Shown here piece after piece: positions 13,320 through 25,655 of a stretch of 64,000 bases of DNA. How positions within the stretch are numbered: the stretch's first letter is position 1; every line of letters begins with the position of its first letter. Position numbers and translations under genes: made by a program. Source of the DNA: Torpedo marmorata (lineage: Eukaryota); the NCBI GenBank assembly GCA_977017645.1, contig OZ360226.1, positions 117,180,001 to 117,244,000 of the forward strand. Direction: 5' to 3'. The notes under the pieces were generated by a model. The model saw nothing but the letters and a program-made list of their open reading frames with translations. It ran no database searches and was not told the DNA's origin.

Positions 13320-13937
13320 TTAGGGGTTTTTATGCACAAAAGCCGCGTTATTCCCTGATCACGTTACGAAAAAAAGGCGAATTTACCTTTTATGCAGAGG
13401 ACGGAAAAGGCGGATCGCGCGGTCCTTTTACGCAGAGGAGATTCCTGAGCCGGCTTCCGAAGGTGAAGGAGGCGGGGCATGTAGTGCAGTAGCGCCGCCC
13501 GCCACTGTGACATGGAACATACGCGCCAGGAAGTGAAAGTGCCCTGTTCACAACAATGGCGACTGTGGAGCAGGTACGAGCGCTGGTGGAGATCTGTTCA
13601 AGCAGTCTTAGAACTCAGGCAGATCTTCTGCGCATCGTAATCTCCTTTTTCGCAGATGGGTACTTTAAAATTCGCGCTCTTGGGTCGTGGGCTGACGACG
13701 TCATCGCGACATCATCAGCCCCCCCCCCTTTGGAGCCGCATTCAGCGGCAATCCTTTTACGCAGGAGATGGAGTGACTTCGCTCCACTTCTGACACTACC
13801 ACCCTAGGAGGAGGGAACCCGGATCGCGTTGGACCCGCCAATCGACCTTTGGACCTTTTATGCAGGTAAGTGGAGCATTTTAAAGGCAGAGGAAACCTGT
13901 GTTTACAATTCACTAAATTTCACTATAAAAGGGCCTA
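13320..13937. mobile_element. Probable non-autonomous DNA transposon (Harbinger-like)
   Basis: CpG-rich block in an AT-rich background with four CCTTTTAYGCAG repeats. Weak terminal inverted similarity (taggggtttttat / ataaaagggccta). Confidence 0.4.
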
Positions 13938-14149
13938 TTGAGGCCACATACATGCTAGACAACTTCTTCCAACAAGCAGATGTCTAACCACCTGAGTGTG
14001 GCAGTACAATTATTGAATCTACCGCCATCAACTTTTGGCTCTCCTGGTTGTCAAGAATCTTAATTCGATCTTAATTGATTGTACATTATCAGAAGCTTGC
14101 TTATTTTGTGTCTCTCTTGATTCCCTGAAACATTTTTTATAATGCTAAA

Positions 14150-14890
14150 AGTCACAGGTCAGGAATGTGATGGAATATAGCTCACATGCTTCCAACTTGT
14201 AGATGACACCAGCTCAGTACATAGGGTGGCACGGTTGGCGTAGTGGTTAGCGCAGCACCTTTACAGCGCCAGCAATTGGGACTGGGGTTCGAATCCCGCA
14301 CTGTCTGTAAGGAGTTTGTACATTCTCCCCGTGTCTGCGTGGGTTTTCCCCGGGGGCTCCGGTTTCCCCCCACCATTCGAAACGTGCCGGGGGTGTAGGT
14401 TAATTGGGTGTAAATTGGGCGGCACGGACTCGTGGACCGGAATGGCCTTTTACCATGCTGTTTGTCTAAATTTAATTTAAAATTTAAATTGAAAATTTTG
14501 GCTCACAGCAGCCTACTTGATTGTTATTTCAGCTATCACATTAACAATTCACTCTCTCCAACACTACTGGTGAGACATGCTTAGAATGCATACCATTTAC
14601 AAGATGCATTGTAGCTCTCGAGGTCAACTTTGATTGCAGTGCTTGAGCCTGTAAATATAACCTCCTCGAATAGCAAGGAGTCCAGGTGCATGTGAACATC
14701 ATCCCCTGTGAGGTTTCCCCTCCATGTTGCACCCATATTTAGAGATGTATTGCTGTTCATTACAACTTGTGTCTGAAATTTGAGCATTTTAACTGACAGC
14801 ACTGAGGAAGAATCTCATCAAGTATTGCCTCCGTTTAAAGAGGCAAATCATCTGCACCATCTGTGGGGCAATTTCGATGGGCATTACATG
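14150..14890 (+). mobile_element. Old non-LTR retrotransposon 3' remnant (L2/Jockey-group-like), interrupted by a V-SINE
   Basis: aggtcaggaatgtgatggaata and the downstream sequence are similar to the reverse complement of 61200-62560. Family assignment is uncertain. Confidence 0.4.
14224..14490 (+). mobile_element. V-SINE (young HE1-like subfamily)
   Basis: A box tggcgtagtggtt, B box gggttcgaatccc, V-domain gagtttgtacattctccccgtgtctgcgtggg, CR1-like tail plus (TAAATT)n. Confidence 0.9.
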
Positions 14891-15489
14891 CTCACCTTGA
14901 TGGCAATGCCCAATCCAATGTTTTCATGACCTGGTCAGGAAGCACGCAGTGATTGAGATTTTCCACTTTGATAGTTAATAATAGAGCAGTCCTAACCTCC
15001 AGCAATTTGTGTGGTGCCCTTTAGTTGCACACTGTGTAATGACAAATGCCATAAATCCATCATTTTTTTTCAGCAATTTCTGGGTTGATCTATCACTGGG
15101 CTACATTTCCTTAGTATTGGCCCAACCCAAAAATGTATGTTGTCATTGTGTTATCTTGTGGAAAAGTCTGCACATTTAAATCAACCTCCCACTCCTTGGC
15201 CTATCAGCTTGTCTGCTGGATTCAGCACTCCTTGTATCACTGGTATCTTGCATATTGATCGCATGTGTAGGATTTTGAAAACATGCTGTATTATTTCAAT
15301 CTTATTTTCTGCATTTGTGAAGAGTTCCCACTTTTGCAGCCCCGATCAGTGAGTCATGAACTGTGCGCAGCACTGTGATAGCAATGTCCCTTTGGAGAAG
15401 TGATTACTAAAATATGTTCTTTCTGCTCAGTTGCTGGATTTGGATGTCTGTTGGTGTCCTGGATTTCTTTCAAGTTTTCTTAGCAAAAT

Positions 15490-15735
15490 TAGTGCAACGC
15501 CTTTACAGCGCCAGCGATCGGGACCGGACCTGGGTCCGAATCCCGCGATGTCTATAAGGAGTTTGTACATTCTCCCCGTGTCTGCGTGGGTTTTCTCCGG
15601 GGGCTCCGGTTTCCTCCCACCCTTCAAAAATGTACCAGGGTGTAGGTTAATGGGGTGTAAATTGGGCGGCACAGACTCGTAGGGCCGAATAGGCCTGTTA
15701 CAGTGCTGTATGTCTAAATTTAAATTTAATTTAAA
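15490..15735 (+). mobile_element. V-SINE
   Basis: Same subfamily as the copy at 14224; the A box is partly lost. Confidence 0.85.
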
Positions 15736-16176
15736 CTTGTCTCCATTATCAGTTAATCAATGTGATAATCACATTAAGCATCAGTTGATTAGACAGCGTT
15801 GTGATAGTAGTGATTTCTGCTTTAGTGTGCCCAATTCACTAAATTATATACTGACTGTGACCAAGCATAATCGTGCAAATTACACAAAGAAAATTGCTAA
15901 TTATATAGATTGATGGATAACATTTATTGAGGACTCTTTAAGGTAACATTTTTGATGAGCTAGATTACTATAAAAAGATTACTGCTGATTGAGTGAAATA
16001 AAATCATAATTAAATGTTGCTAAAAGTATTACCAATCATTATACAAGTATTAAAATATGTAGGAACATTAATAAATAATAAAATGGAGATTCTATCTGTT
16101 ATTCCATTATTGATGATATGAAAAGTTCAACATGCTCTTCATTCTCAAAAATTCTCAATGCTGTTTATGAGATAGT

Positions 16177-16880
16177 TCTTGGGCGTCACTATCTCGGAGG
16201 ATCTTTCCTGGACCCAACACACCAATGGCATCGTGAAGAAAGCACGTCAGCGCCTCTACTTCCTCAGGAGTTTGCGGAGGTTTGGTATGACATCAGAAAC
16301 CCTGGCAAATTTCTACAGAGGTGTGGTGGAAAGTGTGCTGACCGGCTGCATCACAGTCTGGTATGGGAACACCAATACCCCTGAGCATAAAGCCCTCCAA
16401 AAGGTAGTGGACACAGCCCAGGACATTACAGGCAAAACCCTCCCCACTATTGAGTACATCTATAGGGAACGCTGCCGTCGGAGGGCAGCAGCAATCATCA
16501 AAGACCCACACCACCCAGCACACGCTCTGTTCTCGCTGCTGCCATCAGGAAAGAGGTATAGGTGCCACAAGACTCGCACCACCAGGTTCAGGAACAGCTG
16601 CTACCCCTCCACCATCAGACTCCTCAACAACAAACTCAATCAGAGACTCATTTAAGGACTCTTGTGCACTTTATTGATTTTCTTTTTGTTCTCTCTGCAT
16701 TGCACAGTCAGTTTGTTTACATTCGTTATCTGTTTACAGTTCTTTGTTTACATGTTTACGCTGAGTACAGTTTATTTTTGCACTACCAATTAGTGGTAAT
16801 TCTGCCACGCCTGCAGGAAAAGGAATCTCGGGGTTGTATGTGACGTCATGTATGTGATCTGACAATAAATCTGAATCTGA
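16177..16880 (+). mobile_element. Rex1/Babar LINE 3' fragment (second family)
   Basis: ORF 16179-16655 contains [17 protein letters not shown]...DPHHPAHALFSLLPSGKRYR. Tail tgacaataaatctgaatctga. Confidence 0.9.
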
Positions 16881-17827
16881 GGTAGCGAAAGGAAAAGAGA
16901 ACAGTAAAGTTACCAGAACGGACTTGTGACTTGTTTTTAATTGTTTTTGAAGGCATGGGAATGTGAGCTCTTGAATGCTTAGGGGTCATTTTCATTTGTT
17001 GCATTTTGTACATTTTTTTATTGCAAAAATACTTCACCCACTTTAAGGCCCTGTGATAACCTTATTCTGAAGAACATGTGAGCAAAACAGCTTTTACTTT
17101 ATTATTACAAAATGATTTTTTTTTTCAACAAAAGTTTTGTGGGTTTTCAATTAGCTTACCATCTTTGTTTCATCAGACCTAGATTGCCAGGACAGAATTG
17201 GGTTTAACTACAGCATTTTGTAGTCGATGGGGAATAAATGACACAATATTGGAGGTGATGGATAATGGTCACTGGAATGCTTTGTTTAAACTTGTTTTCA
17301 AGGAACGCAATAAACTTACCATCTTAGTGAAATTTAGAATATTTTTGACCATCTTGTGTTTCATGATGGTATAAATTCATTATAATTGTGGAGTCTCATT
17401 TAATTTGGGGGTTGTGAGAGACTGAGCATCATGCTTCTTCATACTGTATTAGAGTTATCCCTATGATTAGCACTGCGCAGATTAGCACCTTGCCAGAAGG
17501 TATGGGGGGGGGGGTGCTTCACCGAAATGATGTTATTGACAGAAGAACATAGACTGCTTAACATACATGAAAACTTCAGACTTGTCACGTAGTTGAGTGC
17601 AAGGTTGCTGCTGGCATAGTTGAATGAAGAATAAAGAATTCAGAAAAGACACTATTCAGTACCAAGAATGTTGTTTTTGAAAAGTTCAAACTTGCTGAAG
17701 TTTATCAATGAAGGATTTTGTGCATGGCCTAAATTTTGTGTGCCTTTCCCAAAAGACTTGGTACAGATGGTAAGTTTGAATATGGATAGTGTAGATTGTC
17801 TAAACAAAATTCAATGGAACTGCACAT

Positions 17828-19528
17828 AGAATCAGAATTTATTGTCATGAACAAGTCATGAAATTCGGTGTTTTGCGGCAGCATCATAGTGCAAACATTC
17901 ATATTATACCCATCTTACAACATTACTATAAAGAATATATATAAATAATAGTGCACGAAAAGTAAGGCAATGTCTTTGGTTCATTGATTATTCAGGAATC
18001 TGATGGCAGCGGGGAAGAAGCTGTCCTTGTGCCGTTGAGTGCTCGTCTTTAGGCTCCTGTACCTTTTTCCCGATGGTAGCAGAGTGAAGAGGGCATGGCC
18101 TGGGTGGTGGGGGTCTTTGAGGATAGAGGCTGCTTTTTTAAGACACTGCCTCATGTAGATGTCCTCGATGGAGTGAAGTCTGGTGCCTGTGATGTCACAA
18201 GCCGAGTTAACAACCCTCTGGAGTTTATTCTTGTCCTGAAAGTTAGCGCTTCCATACCAGGCAGTGATGCAACCAGCCAGAATGCTCTCCACGGTACACC
18301 TGTAGAAGTTTACGAGAGTCTTTGGTGACATACCGAATCTCCTCAGACACCTCACAAAGTATAGCCGCTGTTGAGCCTTCTTTGTGATTTCATCAACGTG
18401 GATGCTCCAGGACAGATCCACGGAGATGTTGACACCCAGGAATTTGAATTTCTTGACCCTCTCCACTACTGAGCCCTCGATGAGGACTGGGTCGTGTTCC
18501 CCTGACTTCCTCCTTAAGTCCACAATCATCTCCTTGGTTTTGCTGACGTTGAGCTCAAGGTTGTTGTCGTTACACCATTCAACGAGCTGATCTATCTCCC
18601 TCCTGTACGCTTCCTCATTGCCGTTTGTGATTCTGCCGACAACTGTGGTGTCATCAGCAAACTTGTAGATGGCATTGGAATTGTGCCTGGCCACACAGTC
18701 ATGGGTGTATAACGAGTAGAGCAGTGGGCTAAGCACGCATCCTTGGGGTGCGCCTGTGTTGATAATCAGTGAGGAGGAGACGTTGTTTCCAATTCGTACT
18801 GACTGTGGTCTTCCGATGAGAAAGTCAAGGATCCAGTTGCAGAGTGGGGTACAGAGAGCTAGAGTTTGTAGCTTCTTGACCAGCACTGAGGGAATAATGG
18901 TATGGAAGGCCGAGCTGTAGTCGATGAAGAGCAGCCGTATGTATGAATTGCTGTTTTCGTGGTGATCCAGAGCTGAGTGGAGAGCCAGCGATATTGCATC
19001 TGCTGTGGAGCGATTGTGACGATAGGCAAATTGCAGTGGATCCAGATCTTTGCTTAGGTACGTGTTAATTCTGGCCATGACCAGCCTCTCAAAGCATTTC
19101 ATCACAGTAGAAGTTAGTGCTACTGGGTGGTAGTCATTGAGGCAGCTCACACTACTCTTCTTGAGATGATTGATGCCCTTTTGAAGCAGGTGGGAACCTC
19201 TGACTGCCGCAATGAGAGGTTGAAAATGTCCGTGAACACTCCGTTGATTGGCGCAGATTTTCAGTACCCTGCCAGGTACACCGTCAGAGCCTGACGAGGG
19301 TTCACCCTCTTGAATGATGTTCTGACGTTGCCCTCAGAGACAGATATCACAGGGTCCTCAGCCTTTTCAGGGATTCTTGTAGGCACTGTTTGGTTCTTCC
19401 CAAAGCGGGCATAGAAGGTGTTCAGCTCATCGGGTAGTGAAGCATCACAATCGTCTATAGTGTTCGCCCTCGCTTTGTAGGCTGTAATGGCCTGCACTCC
19501 CTGCCATAGCTGCCGTGTATCTGTCTCA
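17828..19528 (-). mobile_element. Rex1/Babar LINE, 5'-truncated, with an uninterrupted 389-aa RT/C-terminal frame
   Basis: ORF 17981-19150 has [31 protein letters not shown] and KFADD. It is nearly identical to 9805-11065. Confidence 0.95.
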
Positions 19529-20249
19529 TGTGGCCTTGAGACAAGTTCAGCAATCAGTACTCCCCAAGCTGCTTTTGTCTAATATGCAAATAATAATGCT
19601 ATCTTTAGTGTATCCTTGCATGCCATTTGTTACATTGGTTCAGAAATGTTGAGTAGCCCACAATTGTCACTAGCATGTGAATCATCTATTGTGACTGTGG
19701 TCCCAAGGTGACCTGATCCTCGGCTCTGCAAGGGGGAGCCTTGTGTGAATTGATGCATCACCTGAAATGTAAGCTGTAACAATCCCTGCCTATTAAATAG
19801 CTGGGGAAAAAAAAACCTTTTACCAGCTGACTCTGCCTTGCCTCTTAACTTTAGCCATCTGCAATTCTGTTTTTTAAAAAATCTTTGAAATGTTTTTGAA
19901 CACAAATATGGTGAAGTTCCTTCATCTTCGATCTGTGTTGTTGGACTCCACAACTTTTTGAGGAGTATAATTTCAGAGAGAGCACAATCAGGAAATTGTG
20001 GGCAAAGAGCGACCAGTAAGTAGAAGAGTTCCATATTTGCACAGGATCCTACATTGTGGCAGATAATACAGAAAAATACTCAGATTTGTGCAGACATGCT
20101 GGAATTTCCCTGTAAGATATGGTCCTTTTGTTTCTATTTGTGCTCTGATGGCGCTTTCAATCCTTTTATGATGTCCATCAAGAAAATTCTGGCATTTTCC
20201 CCATCTAATTAATAGATGATGCATCTTGCCAAACTATTAAGAGCAACAG

Positions 20250-20495
20250 GAGTAAAACACGAAAGTCGGCAGACGCTGTGATTGAAGTAAAAACACAATG
20301 CTGGAGAAGCTCAGCAGATCAAACAGTGTATTTTATATAGCAATGATAAAGACATAATCAACGTTTCAGGCCTGAGCTAATTTTTGCTCATACCTTGATG
20401 AAGGGCTCAAGCCCAAAACGGTGGTTATGTATCTTTATTTTTGCTATATAAAGTACACTGTTTGACCTGCTGAGTTTCTCCAGCATTGTGTTTTT
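20250..20495. mobile_element. Fold-back Penelope insertion made of two inverted terminal-repeat pieces
   Basis: Arms ~20285-20378 and ~20400-20497 are reverse complements. 17-bp TSD ACTATTAAGAGC(A/G)ACAG at 20233-20249 and 20496-20512. Confidence 0.85.
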
Positions 20496-21386
20496 ACTAT
20501 TAAGAGCGACAGCATATTCCAGCATTATGTGCCAGTTAAGGAGCCGAAAACATCTTTTATTGTACACTATTGTATTGGAAGTTCCAACTATCCTTGTTTG
20601 CAATAAATTGTGTATGTGTGGCTGTGTACTGTGTGGAAATATTGTTCAGTGCATTGTCCAGAGAGGTGAGCAAAAGTGGAAAAATCTATCTATTATGTGT
20701 TTAACCCTGTTGCCAAGATCTTTTTTTTCAATTTGTATTTGTCTGGAATTGCCAGCAGACACAACATCATTAACAGCAGGACATACTTTAAGAAGTAATC
20801 ATTTTTCCCTCCCAGGCTGGTAAATTAGTGCTTCATTTATGGTTTGTGCTTTGCACGAAAAACAGGAATTTGTGCAGCAACCCAGCAGCCCTTTTCCTGT
20901 TCGGAACAAAAAGACTTTATTGTCTGGCAGCATCAGGAGGCAGCACTGTTAGCTGGAAGTATGATCTGAAATCTCGCCCATTGATATAAAGTTGCAGACT
21001 GAGCCAGGATCTCTCTGTAGGTGTCTTAATTGTTTTTTTAAACTAACAAGTGAAAGGAGGCCCATGCACACTATCAACAGCCAACTGCATATAGATAAGG
21101 CAATGATGTTGTGACCTCAATGGATTTACTGGTAATTCCATAAGTGATGAGTTTAATGTCCTTGGTTCTTCTGCTAATGTTTATGTGAACAGTGGAACAA
21201 AAAAAAGATCCCAGCAGTGTAAAATGTTCTTTTCAAAATAACAGTCATTTATTTTAAATATCTGGACTTAAGTTGTACACCACTGAAAACTTATCAGTAA
21301 AAAGGAAATGAAAATGGTGCAATAAAGGCTACACGAGATGGTGATGTACGCAAGTTGTGATCAAAAGCATTTAGCAGAGTTAAATA

Positions 21387-21604
21387 CAGTAAAGCCCCTG
21401 TTATCCGGAATTCAAGCAACCAGTAGCCTCAAGCTACCGGCAAAAAAAATCAAGGAAAATAAACAGGTAAAAAATATGGAAGTTTAAAATTGCCGCGCCT
21501 TGCCATTAGTTTGCCAATCACGCAACACGCAATCTCAAGCAACCGGAAATACACATCTGGCATCTATCAATCCGCATAGGTGCCAGATACCAGGGGTTTT
21601 ACTG
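21387..21604. mobile_element. Tigger/pogo-like MITE
   Basis: TA|CAGTAAAGCCCCTGTTATC ... GATACCAGGGGTTTTACTG|TA. Confidence 0.85.
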
Positions 21605-22254
21605 TACTTAGTCCCTGATTAAACATTAGATTCTATATCTGGTGGCACTAAACATACTATCTGAGGCATTGCCCAAAGATTTGCAGATTGTTGTAATTTT
21701 GCTAGAAATGACTAAATTTGTGGACAGTCCTATTTCAAGCTAAATTAATGGATACTTTTGGGTTTCTACATTGACCAGTTGAGCAGCAAGTTGATTTTCA
21801 GATTTATTTCAAAATCTGGTTTCTTTCTTGCTGCTGCACTCATTCCAATTTTTCTCTTCATTGTGGCAAGAAAGTAGAAGCCAAATGCCGATAAATTGCC
21901 TTCTTTTAAAAAAAAAAAAAAAAAATCTTTCTGCTGGGTTATATCATAATTTTAAGGATGTTATGTATATGCCAGAATCCATTTTGCACAATTCTGATGC
22001 ATTGAAAAATGTGTGCAAATATAATGAACTTCAAACTTGAAACATAAATAGGCTTAAGGCTATGAATGCTTTTGATTTAATTAACTGTGATTACAGTTGA
22101 TGCTAACTTGCTGAGAACCTTTTGATCTTTCTCCATGTGCATCTCCCCATGTCATCCAACCATCTTCCCCAATAATTGTTGATCTTCACTCCAGTATGCT
22201 GCTAGAAACCTATATTTCAGAGTGAGGGATGAAAAAGAGATTGCACAAATTCAC

Positions 22255-22518
22255 TTTAAATTAAATTTAAATTTAGACATACTGCACGGTAATAGGCCAT
22301 TTTGGCCCACGAGTTCATGCCGCCCAATTTACACCCAATTAACCTACACCCCCGGTACGTTTCAAATGGTGGGAGGAAACCGAAGCCCCCGGGGAAAACC
22401 CACGCAGACACGGGGAGAACGTACAAACTCCTTACAGACAGCGCGGGATTCGAACCCCACTCCCAATCGCTGGCGCTGTAAAGGCGTTGCGCTAACCGCT
22501 ATGCCAACCGTACCGCCC
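22255..22518 (-). mobile_element. V-SINE
   Basis: Full-length reverse complement of the 14224-type SINE. Confidence 0.9.
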
Positions 22519-22639
22519 TTGTAAAAGTTAATTGTAAAAGTTGAGCCAAAACATTTTCTGCGATCTGGTTTTAGCAGCTGTTAACCATGGCAGCTCATTT
22601 TTAATCAATAAAGGAGAATGTTGAAAAATGTTTGACCTC

Positions 22640-22850
22640 GGGCGGCAGTTAGTGTAGCGGTTAGCGCGATGCTTTTACAGCGGCAGCGACCCATGTTCGA
22701 ATCTGGCACTCTGCAAGGAGTTTGTATGTTCTCCCCGTGTCTGCGTGGGTTTTCTCCCACCCTTCAAAACGTACCAGGGTTGTAGGTCAATTGGGTGTAA
22801 TTGGGCTCGTGGGCCGGAAGGGCCTGTTACCGTATTGTATGTCTAAATAT
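22640..22850 (+). mobile_element. V-SINE (internally deleted)
   Basis: Head gggcggcagttagtgtagcgg, V-domain, tail gggcctgttaccgtattgtatgtctaaat. Confidence 0.85.
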
Positions 22851-23792
22851 GGAAAAAAAACACCTAATTCAAACAGGATTAGGTTTTGTTGCAATGATTG
22901 CACTTGCATATTCTGCTAATATGTTGGACATCAAGTTTGGCACAGACAACATGGGCCGAAGGGTCAGTCCTGTGCTGTACTCTTCTCTGTTTAACTATTT
23001 TTGTTTTAATTGATATTTAATGCCACCATTGTTTTGGTTCCAAAATATCTCCTGCAACACAAGTTTTTGGAAGCCAAGTCATTGTCTAGCAATCATGTAG
23101 CCATGACATGATCAAGATTCCATTGATTGTCAGGTACACAAAAAAACTTTTCCCTTTGTTTGCCCTTTAAAGGCACACAAAGAGATACAACAAATCCAGT
23201 GCTATTATTGAGACAAGAAAGAGAAGCAAAAGAAAGTCCCTTCAGAGATAGTATGTGTCTGTGGGTCCCACTGCTGCCACCTCCAGAGCTTGAGGCATCC
23301 GTCACGCCTCCTTGCCCCCGGTTCTGAAACCCCAAAGTCAATGTCCGAGGCCCTTCAGGTGCCCTGCTCATTATCTGCATCCTCAGGGCTCCTAGTTCCA
23401 ATACCTGGCTTTCCCCAAAGTAAGGTGCCTGCGGCCTTTGGCCTCTGAGTCCTGAGCTAATGCCTGGTCTGCTGCTGTGGTTTGTAGGATTCACTCCAAG
23501 TCTTCTCCTTCATAAAGGTATTGTGCGTGCGCAGCCCAGTCATGTAATTGAGCATACAGACTTTTCATTTGTTCGTTTTCCTGTTTGTTTAGTTGGCTGT
23601 AAAAACTGAATGAACAAAGCTATACATGACAGTGCCCAGTGGTCCCTTGGTTAACTTGGAAATATCTCCTCACTCAGTTCCATTCCCCCAACACCCTATC
23701 TATTCAGATGTTGCTTGGGAAAGAAATGCTTAGAACATGGAAATGCATTTAAGCAGAAGTTCTGACTCGGCAATGTGTATTTTCTTTTGCAG

Positions 23793-25133
23793 AACTCTAT
23801 CCGCCATAATCTATCACTGCACAGCAAGTTTATAAGAGTACAGAATGAAGGAACTGGCAAGAGTTCATGGTGGATGCTAAATCCAGAAGGGGGAAAGAGT
23901 GGAAAATCTCCAAGAAGAAGAGCAGCATCTATGGATAACAATAGCAAGTTTTCCAAAAGCAGGGGAAGAGCAGCTAAGAAAAAGGCAGCACTTCAGGCGG
24001 GTCAAGATGGCAGTGCTGATAGTCCCGGGACACCGTTCTCAAAATGGCCTGGAAGTCCGAACTCTCACAGTAATGATGATTTTGATGCTTGGACCACTTT
24101 CAGAACGAGAACTGGTTCAAATGCTAGCACATTAAGTGGAAGGCTCTCTCCTATTATGCCAGAACAGGAAGATATTGGTGATAGCGAGGTTCATCAGATG
24201 TCACCCTTGGTCTACTCTGGTAGTTCCAGTAAAATGGCTTCGACACTACCAAGTCTAAGTGAGATGACTAGTTCGATGAACAATTCTATGACTGAAAATG
24301 TAATGGAAGATCTTTTGGACAATTTGAATCTTTTGTCCCCAAATTCATCAATGGTAGCATCTACCCAGCCTTCATCAGTGTCTCTAATGCAGCAAAGCAT
24401 TGGCTACTCTTTTGCACCCCAGAACACAGCCATTGGTTCACAGACCCAAGATTACAGAAAATGCCTCTATGCTCAAAGCAGTATGAACTCTCTGCAGCAA
24501 ATTCCCATGCAGACCTTTCAAGATAAAAAACAGAACTTTGGACTGATCACCCAGTATAACTGTCCATCAGGGCTTCTTAAAGAATTACTAACTTCTGACT
24601 CGCCTCCACACGGTGATATGTTACCACAAGTGGATACTGTGGTATCACAAGCGAACAGTCGAATGGGTAGTCAAAATATGATGATCACCACAACAGTGTC
24701 CTCGTATGCTAACCAGGGAGTTCACACCAAGTTGATGAACCCCAGCATCCAGCAACATCCAGTCCATAGCCAGCATTCAGTTGCAATGAATGGCCGCGTC
24801 GTACCTCATACTGTGAGCATCATGGCTCATCCTTCAAATATCCGACATCTCTCTGCCCCAAAAAACCAGTTACATGTGCCTATGTCTTTGCAATTTAATG
24901 CAATGGATCCATACTCTATTAATAGTAATGGAGGCTATGGAAGAATGAATCTTGCTGCTATGAACCAAGAGAAGCTCCCTAGTGATTTGGACGATATGTT
25001 CATTGAAAGCCTGGACTGTGATGTTGATTCCATTATTCGTAATGACCTTATGGATGGTGATACTTTAGATTTTAATTTTGACTGTTATTCAAACAGTTCA
25101 AAAGCATCCACACACAGCTGGGTCTCTGGCTAA
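23793..25133 (+). CDS. FOXO1: Forkhead box protein O1, coding exon 2 (C-terminal half of the forkhead domain to the stop codon); exon 1 lies upstream of the window
   Basis: Acceptor tttcttttgcAG at 23791-23792. Translation [32 protein letters not shown], Akt sites RRRAAS and [21 protein letters not shown]-like [15 protein letters not shown], and the FOXO1-type C-terminus [17 protein letters not shown]...HSWVSG. Stop TAA at 25131-25133. Confidence 0.97.
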   Translation, partial: NSIRHNLSLHSKFIRVQNEGTGKSSWWMLNPEGGKSGKSPRRRAASMDNNSKFSKSRGRAAKKKAALQAGQDGSADSPGTPFSKWPGSPNSHSNDDFDAWTTFRTRTGSNASTLSGRLSPIMPEQEDIGDSEVHQMSPLVYSGSSSKMASTLPSLSEMTSSMNNSMTENVMEDLLDNLNLLSPNSSMVASTQPSSVSLMQQSIGYSFAPQNTAIGSQTQDYRKCLYAQSSMNSLQQIPMQTFQDKKQNFGLITQYNCPSGLLKELLTSDSPPHGDMLPQVDTVVSQANSRMGSQNMMITTTVSSYANQGVHTKLMNPSIQQHPVHSQHSVAMNGRVVPHTVSIMAHPSNIRHLSAPKNQLHVPMSLQFNAMDPYSINSNGGYGRMNLAAMNQEKLPSDLDDMFIESLDCDVDSIIRNDLMDGDTLDFNFDCYSNSSKASTHSWVSG

Positions 25134-25655
25134 ATTTTCCTGAGAGGTGAGCATTAGATTTTGTGCTAAAACAGCATGCAGTTGCCTTGTAACATTACGT
25201 CCAATTTCTTGAAGAATTGAATTAGATGGTATAGCCTTATATGAAACTGACATTGGGGGAAAAAGTGTAATTTCAAGGGAAGAAAACTTTAAATGATTGG
25301 AATCCACCAAATCTACTTTTTGATTCCTGCATGAAAAATTGAAGTGTCCGCCATTCTGTGAAAATTGGGAAATGTAATGTTTGCATATTGAGACTAATGT
25401 AATGGAACAGTGGCGTATCTAGGTAAAATAGCGCCTATGGCAAGCACTGAAATTGTGCCCCCCCTGTTAAAAAATCGCACAGAAAGTTGACAGTTGGACG
25501 ATTTTCACGCACAATTGGGCTGGCGCTAACTGCTACACCAACCGTGCCGCCCGACATATCCTTGTAAATTTCACACGTTGCGTTGTAATTTATTAGAAGT
25601 GAACCAGTGGATTAACTCCCACCTGGGTCCCTAGGCTGAGCTTTAGTAAGCGAAA

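Noticed and set aside
14224-14300. tRNA genes at the SINE heads
   Set aside because: A/B boxes are present but run directly into the V-domain, with no complete cloverleaf or terminator.
23775-23792. ORF-track start 'MYFLLQ' for the 452-aa ORF
   Set aside because: This is the polypyrimidine tract and acceptor; the exon begins at 23793, mid-forkhead domain.
23793-25133. FOXO3/4/6 identity or a processed pseudogene
   Set aside because: [22 protein letters not shown] and the HSWVSG terminus are FOXO1-like; intact frame and splice sites argue against a retrocopy.
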